Source: Gracilinanus agilis (taxonomy: Eukaryota). Taken from it: DNA of 64,000 bases. Positions 1 to 11,486 of this stretch are shown here, in pieces. How positions within the stretch are numbered: position 1 is the stretch's first letter; the number at the start of each line of letters is the position of its first letter. The DNA is taken from the NCBI RefSeq assembly GCF_016433145.1, contig NC_058133.1:208634474-208698473 (forward strand), given 5' to 3'. Position numbers and translations under genes: made by a program. The notes under the pieces are model-generated. The model saw only the letters and a list, made by a program, of their open reading frames with translations. It was not told the DNA's origin and searched no databases.

Positions 1-476
1 CAAATACAATCAATTAGCATTTTGTATCAAAAGACCTTAGGCCATATGGATCCCTGATCTAGAAGTTAGCTCTACCTATTGTTTTAGGTTCCAACAGTTT
101 GTATCTCCAGATGATTACCTCATAATGTTAATGTATCAGACTACTTGGCTCTCCCCCCACCCCCCATACTGTTGTAACCCCAATAAAAGTAGCTATATGG
201 CAGTTGAGGAGGAAGCTCTGAAGGATGCAAGCTCTGAACCATCTAAGCTCTTGACCAGGAGAGCTCTGAACCTGCTAAGCTTTTGACCACCGGAGTTTAT
301 TTACTCTCTGTCTGCCTACTAATGCCAAAGCTTTCTATGTCTGTGTGTCCTTATTCTCACCTTATGTTCTCTCTCCATTAATCCTTAACCTGTAACCCAT
401 TTTCACTCAGTCCTTGGTTCCCCTTTCTGAGTGTCCTACCCATTAGGAATCTTCTTGGAGTTGGTGGACGGCTTCA
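1..476 (+). mobile_element. Partial ERV-type LTR (left end outside window)
   Basis: AATAAA at 182-187, internal repeats of agctctgaac...ctaagct.ttgacca, pyrimidine-rich U5-like tail ending in CA directly before L1 sequence. Confidence 0.55.
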
Positions 477-479
477 CTA

Positions 480-2570
480 TATAATACCAAGTCTTAGCAA
501 GGATAGAGAAATTCCAAGTAAAATAAATGTAGACATTATAAGATGCTTAGGAGTCTACCTGCCAAGACAAACCCAAGAACTATATGAATACAATTACAAA
601 ATAACTTTTTACATACAAAGTCAGATCAAAACAAATGAAGAAATATTAATTGCTCATGGGTAGGCCAAGCCAATATAATAAAAATGACAATTCTACTTAA
701 GTTAATTTACTTATTTATTGCAATACCAAACTATCGAAAATTATTTTATAGAGCTAGAAAAATACTAACAAAATTCATTTTCAAGAACAAAAGAATATCA
801 AAGGAATCAATGAAAAAAAAATGTAAAGGAAGGTAGTCTAACAGTGCCTGATCTCAAACTGTTTTACAAAATAGTAATCTTTAAAACAATCTGTACTGCC
901 TAAGAAATTGACCACTGGAATAGACTGGGTACACAATACACAATACACAGTAGTAAATGACCTTAGCAATCTAGTGGTTTCATAAACAAAAAGATCCAAG
1001 GTTTTGGTACAAAAATTCACTATTTTACAGAAACTGCTAGGAAAAATGGAAAGCTATTTGGCAGAAACTAGGTATAGATAGACCAATATCTAACACTCTA
1101 TTCTAAGAGATGGTCAAAATGGGTATATAATTTAGACACAATGGGTGATGATACCATGAGCAAATTCAGGAAGCATGGACTATCTTACCTTTTAGATCTA
1201 TGGATAAAGGAAGAATTTATGATCAAATGAGACAGAGAGCACTATGGAAAGTAAAATGGATAATCTGAATTACATTAAGTTAAAAAAGTTTTGCAAAAAA
1301 AAAAAATCCAATAGAACAAAATTAGTAGGAAAGTAAAAAACTGGGGAAAAATTTTTACATCAAGTTTGATAAAGGTCTCATTTTTCAAGAATATAGAAAA
1401 CCGAGTCAAAGCTATTAAGAATACAAGTCACCTCCCCAATTGATAAATGGTCAAAGCAGTTTCAGAAGAAATCAGAGTTAAAGTCACATAAAAAATGCTC
1501 TAAATCACTATTGATTAAAAAAATGCAAATTAAAACAACTCTGAGGTTGACAGAAAAGGAAAATAACAAATATTGGAGGGGGTGTGGAAAATGGGACACA
1601 AGGCACTGTTGGTGGAATTGTGAACTGATTCAATCTTTCTGAAGAGCAATTTGGAATTATGCCCAAAGGGCTTTAAAACTGTGCATATGAGAGGACAGCT
1701 GGGTGGCTCAGTGAACTGAGAATCAGGTCTAGAGACAGAGATCCTAGGTTCAAATCTGGCCTCAGGTTCAAATCACACAGCCTTCCTAGCTATGTGACCC
1801 TGGGCAAGTCACTTAACCTCCACTGACTACTAGCCTTTACTACTTTTCTGCCTTAGAACCAATATACAGTATTGATTATAAGATGGAAGGGTTAAAAAAA
1901 AAAGACCCCCCCCCCCAAAAAAAAACTGTGCCTATGCATGTGCACAGTAATACCACTATTAGGTCTCTTTCCCAAAGAGATAAAAAAAAAGAGAGAGTGG
2001 GAGGAAAAGACCTGTAAGTGCAAAAATGTTTATAGCAGCTCTTTTTATGGTAGCAAAGAATTGGAAATTGAAGAGATTTGGAGAATGCCTAAACAAGTTA
2101 TAGTATACAACTGTGATAGAATACTGTTGTGCTATAAGAAATGATGAATAGGATTATTTCAGAAAAACTTAGACTTATATGAACTGATGTAAAGTAAACA
2201 GAATCAGGAGAACACAGTACACAGTAAAAGGAATATTTTACAATGATCAACTGTGAATGACTTAACTATTCTCAGCAATATCCAAAACAATTCTGAAGGA
2301 TATAAGATGAAAAATGCCATCCACGTCAAACAAAGAGCTGGTGAAGTTTGAATTCAGATCAAAGCATATTTAAAAAAACTTTTTCTTGTTTGTTTTTTTT
2401 GATCTGTGTTCTTTGGCAACATGGCTAATATGGAAATCTATTTTGCATGCCTGAACATGTATAATCTACATCAAATTGCATGCTTTCTTAAGAGGGGGAA
2501 GAGGGGAGAGAATTTGGAACTTGAAAATTATAAAAAAACATGGAAAAAATTAAATCTGATCTTTGGAAGA
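480..2570 (+). mobile_element. Degenerate L1 ORF2 C-terminus and 3' end, interrupted by a SINE
   Basis: Recognisable L1 ORF2 DNA motifs (aaaatgacaattctac, ctgatctcaaact, caattaaaacaactctgagg, ggaaaaacttagacttatatgaactgatg); frame broken many times. Confidence 0.85.
1690..1903 (+). mobile_element. Didelphid-type tRNA-derived SINE
   Basis: A-box gctgggtggctcagtg, B-box ggttcaaatc (duplicated here), CORE gtgaccctgggcaagtcactt, A-rich tail. Confidence 0.9.
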
Positions 2571-2596
2571 GCATTAACTTCTTTTTTTTCCTATTA

Positions 2597-2795
2597 AAAA
2601 AAAAAAATAAACCCTGCTGTGTTAGAATTGATACTAAAGTATAGGTTCCAAAGCAGAAGAGTGGTAAGGAATATGCAATTGGGGTGAAGTGACTTGCCCA
2701 AGATCACATAGCTAGGAAGTGTCTGAGGCCAGATTTTAACCCAGCAATTCCCCTTTCTATGCCCAGCGCTCTATCCTGAGCAACCTAGCTGCTCC
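2597..2795 (-). mobile_element. Didelphid-type SINE
   Basis: Reverse copy of the same family. Confidence 0.85.
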
Positions 2796-3989
2796 TGAAA
2801 GTGTTCAATTCTTAAGTCGGTGTTTCAAGTATAAAATCTCTACATTCAAGCCTGATTCTCTCATACTCAGTCAGTTGGTAAATGTCTATTCTTTTTTGTT
2901 TTCTTCTGGTCATCAATCCATCTATTTTTTTTTCAAAGGAAGAGAGTGTCGAGGACAATAAATGAATGGAAATATCTTTATCCATAGGAAAACTGTGGCA
3001 ATAAAGAAAAAAATAAACATGTCACAGGTCAACCAAGATAAAATATGGACAATGTAAATACAACCCAGAGAGAGGGAAAAAACATGGGCTCTGGAGGTGG
3101 AAACACAGAGGACATAAAACAATATATCAGACCCTCATTTTGTTTTTGTTTTTTTTTTAAACTGATGATTAGGAGTTTGAATCTCCATCTTTGATTCTGG
3201 GATTCTAGGGTGAGCCTATTGTAAGAAAGTAGTGTACCCTATTGTTGAGCAAGTCAGGAACATGTATACAGGATGATATATCCTCAAGAGACATTAATAA
3301 TAACAACTAAAGGCTGATGCTCTGTTCTGCAGAGCATTTTAACCAAGTAAGTGAATGGGATGTTTTTTCTGAACTCTCAATTCATTAGGAACCATTCAGG
3401 TTTTTTTGTGCTTGCACCTTGCCTAATAGCCTGGGAACTTCCTATCAAGTGGAAATCTTGAATTTTTTTCCCAGGGTCCAACCTCATCCTCCATGGAGCT
3501 TCCCTGCTGGGGTAATGTGCTCTTATCTGTTCTCTTAGACAAATTTCTAAATGTGATCTTGCAGCTTATGTTAGAAGCAAGATTTGAAACCATGTCTTCC
3601 TAACTCCCAGTCTAATAAGAAAGCAAAAGGTAAATAGTTTAAGTGAAATTTGCAAACTACTGAAAACATTAGTACCTTGAGGCAGATAATTAGTTCTTAA
3701 TGTTACATATCAGAAGAGAAGATAATAAGGAAGAATATTTTTTATCCTGAAGTCAAAGTAGGAAAGTTACTGCCACCTAGTGGAAGGGAGTGTTAACACT
3801 TCTTAATTTACATTTCTTGGGCAGCTAAATATTATCAGAAGTAGAAATTGATAGGATATTTAGTATGGGCTCTAAAACAAAAGAAAAGGGAGGTTATGAT
3901 TCAAAGGAATAAACATAGGGAAGGGAGCCACACTTGCTGGATGAGGAAATTTCTTCTGCAGTAACTGCAACTCTAAATGTTAAATAGTA

Positions 3990-4360
3990 AGCAAATATAT
4001 AGCCTATGCATGTAGCCTGAGTGGGGTCTGAATCAAGATTAAAATGTAATTGGGGAGAGGGTGGTGGGAAAGGGGCACTGAGTGGATACTTCCTAGCTGT
4101 CTGACCCTGGGCAAGTCACTTAACCCCAAATGCCCAGCCCTTATTGCCCTTCTGCCTTGAAACCGATATTTAGTATTGATTCTAAGATCAAAGATAAGAG
4201 TTTTTTAAAAAAGTAATTAGGAAAGATTTAACAAAATAAAACAAAATAAATATACAAAGCATAGGAAATATTAATATAGGGCTAAGTTAATATGTGGTCT
4301 TCAGGGACAACTATGTATAGTGTAGTGGCTCCCCTTCCATTGAGCTTGACATCACTAGCA
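3990..4360. mobile_element. Old hAT-type MITE remnant split by a truncated SINE (about 4085-4212)
   Basis: Right end gagcttgacatcactag resembles a hAT TIR; sequence resumes on both sides of the SINE (aaaatgtaattggg / aaagtaattagg). Confidence 0.4.
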
Positions 4361-5459
4361 TAGAGAACTGAATCAGAGACTTCAGGATCACATAGCCAGT
4401 ATGTGGCTAAAGAAGGACCTGAACCAAGTTCTTCTGCCTTTGAAGCTGGTTCTTATTTGTTATACTATGCTGCCTCTCCATAGTATAAAACTGACACTAA
4501 ACATTAGCTAAAATAACTCCAATTGTGTCACAAACAAAAATATTAATCTGGGAACCAAGAGGCAAAAGAAATTATGGCCACACATTTGTTCACCTTGGAG
4601 CGTACAATTAGCAGAGGTAAAATCAACAAGGTTTTCAAATAAGGGGATTTTGAACAAGGCCACACTAGATATGATTCTGGAACCTAGGTAATGCTACCCT
4701 AGAGTGACAGAGAAAAGCCGAGGAGCAACTGATCTGGGACAAGTACACTGGTAGGAAGCCTGTACTGTATTCGACTGTCAATACAATTATGCCCATGACT
4801 TTATGAGCAAGCAGTAGAAGGGAACTTCGGTGACCCTCACCTTTACTCTGGCCAGGGCAGAACAGAAACTGCTATTTAATAATAATATATAATAATAAAT
4901 TAACACAACTTTTATATGGAAGAACAGAGGAAAAAATGTCAGTGTTAGCAATATTTTCCTCTGTGATATATTTAATATGAAAGTATGCCTAAAGTAATTT
5001 TCAAGTATTAAAAAAAAAAGATCTCCTCAGAAGTTCCCCTATCTTCTTTTAGCTTGGTTAAGTTCTGTAGATATCCTGGAATACCACTTGCAGGTACCAC
5101 CAACATATTTTGATGCCAAGGATAGCCTATGGCTAAATCAATTTGGGAAACTGTGGGTGATATTATTGATACTGACAGGTGATATTATTGAAAAAGAAGA
5201 CGGCTTACCATACAGAGGAGAAATCAGTATAGAAAAGAGAAGCTGGATTGGTCCCAGTCATGTCTAGCAACATGTAAAGAATCAAGGCTTTGAGATAGTG
5301 GGAGGAAGGTTCTTTTGTGAACACTGTGGTTGAGCCATGCTGAGTGGAAAACACTGCTTTGGGGTGGGGAGAAATTTCTGCCATCCAAGTAGGTGGGGGG
5401 AAAATTAATATACTGGCTACAGACCAGAACTGGGCTAGCCCTTTTTCACCAGGAAAGGT

Positions 5460-6210
5460 GAAGTGATCTCCACTGGCTAGTGTACTTTCTCCTCCTATTC
5501 TCTGAATCTGTGTAATTAAGATTCAGGGCTGAAGGCTGCTTTCTCCCTTTCCCTACTAGCACTATTACCTCAGATTCAATCACTTCAGGCACATCCCTCC
5601 CTCACCCTTCCATTTCATCATCTGTAATAACTCAATAGTTGGCTACAAGAGGGGGGTGGGAGGAGGGGAGGAAAGAACATGAATCATGTAACCATGGAAA
5701 AAGATTCTAAATCAATTAATTAAATAAATTTTTAAAAATCGTTATCTGTAATAAGCTTCTATTGTTAATGAACCTCCCTTCTTATTCAATTTCCTCCTTC
5801 CATACTTCAACTGATCTTGTACTCAGGAGATCCCAGTTTCCCTCAAGACTGTGACGTTCCTGACCACCCTCTTCAGGACCAAGTGTGTGTACTTTCTCTC
5901 CTACTTCTCAATACATCTAGCAGGAAGATGGGCGATTCCCTGATCGTCATGGCCATTTCCAAACTCTCTTCCTCTGCCTCACTTGCCAATTTCTCTTTGG
6001 GCTTACTCTATCACCTTAACCAGATCCTAGTTGTTATCTGTCAGTACCTGAGCCATTTTCCCTCTTTTATCTAGGATTTCAGCACCTGGACCTCAGAATT
6101 CTCTTGTGAGGACTTCCTTCATACCCGGAAATCTTTCTACATATGGATGTCCCCTCAACTACTGTGGCCTACCTTATTAACTCTCATGCTTTACACCTTG
6201 ACACCATCTC
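5460..6210 (+). mobile_element. Ancient L2 LINE fragment
   Basis: Pyrimidine-rich L2-like ORF2 remnant. Confidence 0.5.
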
Positions 6211-6214
6211 ATTT

Positions 6215-6640
6215 ATAGGTTCTATGGATAGGAGAAGAATGTATGACCAAACAGGGAACAAAAAAGATCACAAAAGACAAAATGGGCGATCTTGATTATA
6301 TAAATTGAAACAAACAAAACCAATGCAGCTACAATTATAAGGAAAGATATAACTGGGGGGAAAATTGTAGCAAGTCTGACAGTTTGAATCATAAAGATCT
6401 CGTTTCCAAGAAATATGAGAAACTGATTTGAATCTGTAGGAAGCATTCTCCACTTGATAAATGGTTAAAGAACATGGACAGGGAGTTTCTTCCTTAATTA
6501 AGTTCATTTAATTAAGTAATTTAGGGCATTTCCCCATGATTCATGTTCTTTCTCTCCCCTCCTCCCACCCCCCTCCTATAGACAATGAGCGATTCCACTG
6601 GGTTTTACATGTGTCATTGATCAAGACCTATTTCAGGGAG
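6215..6640. mobile_element. L1 fragments (ORF2 piece on plus, 3'-end piece on minus)
   Basis: 6215-6480 resembles L1 ORF2; 6510-6635 resembles the reverse complement of the L1 3' end seen at 9000-9130. Confidence 0.65.
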
Positions 6641-6644
6641 TTTT

Positions 6645-6830
6645 TGTTTTTTTTTAAATCCTTACCTTCCATCTTGGAGCCAAGGCAGAAGAGTGGCAAG
6701 GGCTAGGCAATGGGGATTAAGTGACTCTCTCAGGGCCATACAGCTAGAAGATGTCTGAGGCCAGATTTGAACCTAGGACCTCCATTTCTAGGCCTGGCTC
6801 TCAATCCACTGAGCCACCCAGCTGCCCCCA
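6645..6830 (-). mobile_element. Didelphid-type SINE
   Basis: Reverse copy with poly-T. Confidence 0.9.
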
Positions 6831-7234
6831 ATTTTTTTTGAAAGTCTTAAGAATTCTAACTGAAGCAAAAACCTCCCATGATTCTACACCACCAATGATA
6901 AAGCAAGCTGCCCACCTCCTGGATTCTGGAGAGGGGCTGAAGGAGAAGTGTTTTAGACACAGCCAATGCAAGATTTTGAGTTTTTTTGACTTTGTATTTG
7001 TTAAGAGTTTTATTTTTCTCTCTCAATGGAAAACAAAAGTTTTAAGTTAAAAAAAAAAAAAAGACTTGACAAATCACATCTGTTATTTTATCATCACCTA
7101 TTCAGAAATTGGAAATTCCTTTGACCACAACCTCCAGTTCAGCCCTTTCTCTGCATGTCACCTCTCCTAATATATGTCCTCAGCACAATTCAATAATCCT
7201 GCTCCACTTGCTCTGAGCTCACATTCTTCTCGCC

Positions 7235-7422
7235 TTTTTTTTTTTTTTAAATCCTTACTTTTTGTCAGTATCAATTCTAAGATAAGAGAGATAAGGGCTA
7301 GGCAATTGGGGTTAAGTGACTGGCCCTGGGTCATATAGCTGGTCTGAGGACAGATTCAAACCCAGCTCCTTCTGATTCCAGGCCTATCCAAAGATCTATC
7401 CACAGTGCTACCTAGGTTCCCC
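7235..7422 (-). mobile_element. Didelphid-type SINE
   Basis: Reverse copy with poly-T. Confidence 0.85.
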
Positions 7423-7994
7423 TTTCAAATTTTAAAACTTGTTTGTCTTTTATACTTTTCACCTAGTATACTGTCTGCATTGGAGTAAGCACCAACAAGT
7501 ACTTACTGAAGGAACTCCATTCTAGAATCACCACTTTCTTAAAGACATTTCCAAACTGAAGCTCCATAGGGTCCTTTAAACCCATATTATAAGCACTGTC
7601 AAGCAGAAGACAGGACTTATTTGCTGTTGCACATTCTTATCACCTAGAACTATATAACTTTCCAAATGGTAGGCAATTTAAAAATTGTGGAATTGAATGT
7701 AATTATAATTGTCTCCCTTGGGTTTGAACTTGTTTTAAAGCCATAATCCAGACTCCTAGTGCCATTTTCTTCACTACTAAGGCAGAAGAAGAGATGCTGG
7801 CTTTTTTCTCCTTTGTTTTACAAATACCCAGAACAGTCTGGTTTACCAGAGAACCTAAGTATATTGGTCTACTCAGGCCCCATCTTCTTCAGTAACATTT
7901 TAAGTGAGTTCAGGAATGTTTCTTGGACCTCGGTGCCTCATTGAAGGTGGAAGAAAAGTTGGGATGTTTTAAGGAGGCTCAGCTAGCATAGTTA

Positions 7995-8120
7995 TCCTAA
8001 ATATTTAACCTTTTATGTGCCATAGACCTCTCCGGCAGTCTGGTGAAGCCTATGGATCCCTTCTCAGAATAGCATTTTTAAATGCATAAAACACATAGCA
8101 TTACAAAGGAAACAAATTAC
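7995..8120. mobile_element. Ancient hAT-Charlie MER-like fragment
   Basis: gtgccatagacctctccggcagtctggtgaagcctatggatcccttctcagaat resembles a recalled MER/Charlie consensus; family name not assigned. Confidence 0.5.
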
Positions 8121-8738
8121 AAGAGCCTATTATGTGCCAGGCACTGTGCTATGCATTTTGTCAATATCACATTTTTGGGATAATTAATAATTATCTTATT
8201 TGACACTACTAAGCTCTAGAAATTCTCTCTCATGTCCGGGATGAAATATGTTTGGCATTATTACATTAAATTAAATTAAAAAGTTTTTGTACAAACAAAA
8301 CCAATACAACCAAAATTAGAAGGGAAGCAACAAATTGGGAAAACATCTTTATAACAAAAACCTCTGACAAAGGTCTAATTACTCAAATTTATAAGGAGCT
8401 AAGTCAGTTGTACAAAAAAAAAAATCAAGCCATTCCCCAACTGATAAATGGGCAAGGGACATGAATAGGCAGTTCTCATATAAAGAAATCAAAACTATAA
8501 ATAATCACATGAGAAAGTGTTCTAAATCTCTAATAATTAAAGAAATGCAAATCAAAACAACTCTGAGGTACCACCTCACACCTTACAGATTGGCTAATAT
8601 GACAGCAAAGGAAAGTAATAAATGTTGGAGGGGATGTGGCAAAATTAGGACATTAATACACTGCTGGTGGAGTTGTGAACTGATCCAACCATTCTGGAAG
8701 GCAATTCGGAACTAGGCCCAAAAGGCATTAAAAGACTG

Positions 8739-9146
8739 CCTGCTGAGTGAAAGGAGCAGATCTATGAGAATATTGTACACAGAGACTGATTACACGGTGG
8801 TATAATTGAACATAACAGACTTCTCTACTAGCAGCAATGCAAGGATCCAGAGCAAGGCTGAGGGACTTAAGAGAAAGAAAACTACCCACATTCAGAGGAA
8901 GAACTGTGGGAGGAGAAACACAAAAGAAAAACAACTGCTTGAACACATGGGTTGATGGGGATATTATTGGGGATGTAGACACTAAAGGATAACTCTAGTC
9001 CAACTATCAATAATATGGAATTAAGCCTTGATCAATGATACATGTAAAACCCAGTGGAATTGTGCCTAGGCTAAGGGGGGCTGGGGGCTTCAGGGGAGAG
9101 GGAAAGAACATGAAATATGTAATTAGGGGAAAATATTAAAAAAAAA
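8739..9146 (+). mobile_element. 5'-truncated L1 3' fragment inserted into the older L1
   Basis: Poly-A tail; TSD aaaagactg at 8730-8738 and 9147-9155 at a TT/AAAA site. Confidence 0.7.
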
Positions 9147-9230
9147 AAAAGACTGATTTGATGCAGCCATACCATTGCTGGGTCTATACTCCAAAGAGAT
9201 AAGGAAAAAGACTTGTACAAAAATATTTAA

Positions 9231-9362
9231 GTGGCAGCTGGGTAGCTCAGTGGATTGAGAGCCAGGCCTACAGATGGGAGGTCCTAGGTTCAAATTTGGA
9301 CTCAGACACTTCCCAGCTGTGTGACCCTGGGCAAGTCACTTAACCCCCATTGCCTAGCCTTA
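9231..9362 (+). mobile_element. Didelphid-type SINE, 3'-truncated, inside L1
   Basis: Head and CORE present, tail missing. Confidence 0.85.
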
Positions 9363-9632
9363 ACTTCCAAGAATTGATGCAGAATGAAAGGAACGGAACC
9401 AGGAGAAGATTATACACAGAGACTAATACACTGTGGCACAATCAAATGTAATGGACTTCTCTACTAGCAGCAATGCAATGATCCAGGACAATTCTGTGGA
9501 ATTTATGAGAAAGAATGCTATTCACATCCAGAGAAAGAATTGTGGGAGTAGAAACACAGAAAACATCTGGTTGAACACATGGTTCAATGGGGATATGATT
9601 GGAAATGTAGACTCTAAACAATCACCCTAGTG

Positions 9633-9963
9633 CAGTGATGGGCAACCTTTTGAGCTTGGTGTGTCAAAATTTGCCCAAAAACTGAGCATAACTCGGGTGG
9701 TGTGTCACTTCGAGAAAAAAACAAACCCATAATTTTGTGATATTTACAGTTTAAATAACAAAAATGTATAATTATAATATATAACCTATTTAATAAACCA
9801 AAATAGGTAAATTAATATAGGCAGAATTGTCATCTATAGCGCAGAGTGTCTACACACTACACTACAGGAAATGTTTCATCCTCGGCATGTGGCCCCATAT
9901 TTCTCTGTATGCAGCCGCATGTCATTGAAAATGGTTACGTGTGTCATAGGTTTGCCATCACCG
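9633..9963. mobile_element. hAT MITE, 331 bp
   Basis: Imperfect TIRs CAGTGATGGGCAACCT / CGGTGATGGCAAACCT; perfect 8-bp TSD ccctagtg at 9625-9632 and 9964-9971. Confidence 0.9.
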
Positions 9964-11486
9964 CCCTAGTGCAAATACTAATAATATGGAAATAGGTCTT
10001 GATCAATGACACATGTAAAATCCAGTAGAACTGCTCATTGCCTATGGGAGGGGGATGGGAGGAAGGGAATGAAAGAACAGGGTTCATGTAACTATGGAAA
10101 AATATTCTAAATCAATTAACTAAACTATAAAAAATATGTTTGGCATTTAAAGCTTTTAATAACCTGGTACTTATCACCTTTTCACTTAAATTTTTCTATC
10201 CTCTATTCATTTTCAAAATAGCAACCTCAAGTCTTCTTGTTGTTCTCTGTACATGACTCCATATCATTTCATTGGCTATCCCATATTCCTAGTATGTACT
10301 CCCTCCAAACCTTTGCATAATTGCTTTTAAGGTAAATCTCATGGGCCTAGTTATATGCATTTTATTTACATTTATTTATTTTATCATTTACAGATAAAAT
10401 GTAATCTCCTAACACTGAGGCCAGGGATTGTTTTTATCTTTCTTTGTATCTCAGCTAAGAGCTCCAGTGCCTGGCATTCAGTAAGCACTTAATATATGGA
10501 TGCTTACTGAATGACAAAAGAATGTTTCTCCTCACAAGTACCTTTCTGTTAACATAAAGAACATCTTTATTAAAAAAAAAAAAAAAGTTGATGCAACACA
10601 GAAAGAGAAGCCGAAGAGTTCTATGGGGAGAAAAGTTTCTAGTTCTAGGGATGATTTCAGTGGAAAATGAAAGTATGAAGATACTGTCATGCTTTCGAGA
10701 GGATAATATTGTACAAGGTGAAGATTTAAAAGTATTTCACAGCAGTAGCAACAGCAAATGTGGTACAAATGCAAATATGCATTTGGTTTGCATAGCCTCT
10801 ATTGGTGTTTCGAGAGACATACTTTGTGAAGGTTGGGTTACAAACACAACTAAGACCACTTTGTAACGAGTAGATACTTCTAAAGACTGTGTTTGGAACT
10901 TGTAAACCAGACAGCTAACAAACTAATTAAGAAGCTGATACAAAGTGGTGATAAAGGATACCTGGTCTACTCCATAGTGTAATTCAAGTTTTAACAGCTT
11001 TTTAAGCTTTACTTTCTGCAGGCTTCTTTGAGGCCTAATCATTTTTATTTACAACTCAGCCAATGTCCAGCTGCTAAACACAGGAGGTATAACATAGTGC
11101 TCCAAGCTTTATAAGGGGTTGTTCACTGGCAGATGACTTAAATAGCAGATAGCTTTTGCCTGTATCTCCTCTACTTCCACAAACCTCATGGAGAGTATTT
11201 CTGGATGGTTGCTAGATTAAGATTTGGATGGATCTCTCTCTTTAAACTCTGTGTTACTCAGTTCTAACAAAGAAGCCAAGGCTGGAAGTTTAATTTGTCT
11301 CAAGGCTTACTCTGGCCTCCTGGGTTAACTAGTGTTCTTACCAAGCAAATTAAACCAATTTTGTCCCAAAGTACTTATAAGTTATTGGAGTGTATATGTT
11401 AGTGGGGCAAAACACTGCTCAGACACTGAGCCATAATGTTAGCTTTATTCATATCCAGCCACCCCACCACAGCAAATACCAAATAC

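Larger units (their letters stand above)
8270..10135 (+). mobile_element. L1 ORF2/3' end hosting nested insertions
   Basis: ORF 8461-8715 encodes L1 ORF2 motifs (EMQIKTTLRYHLTP...CWRGCGK...HCWWSC). A second L1 3' piece, a SINE and a MITE interrupt it. Confidence 0.9.

Noticed and set aside
10588-10866. 92-aa plus-strand ORF after an A-run
   Set aside because: Non-ATG start, no recognisable homology, antisense within a SAP30BP intron; no TSD found to call a retrocopy.
1-11486. SAP30BP exon 4 (DNTEAEKRDPQELV-like)
   Set aside because: No matching sequence found on the minus strand by eye; it probably lies left of the window, consistent with a long intron 3.
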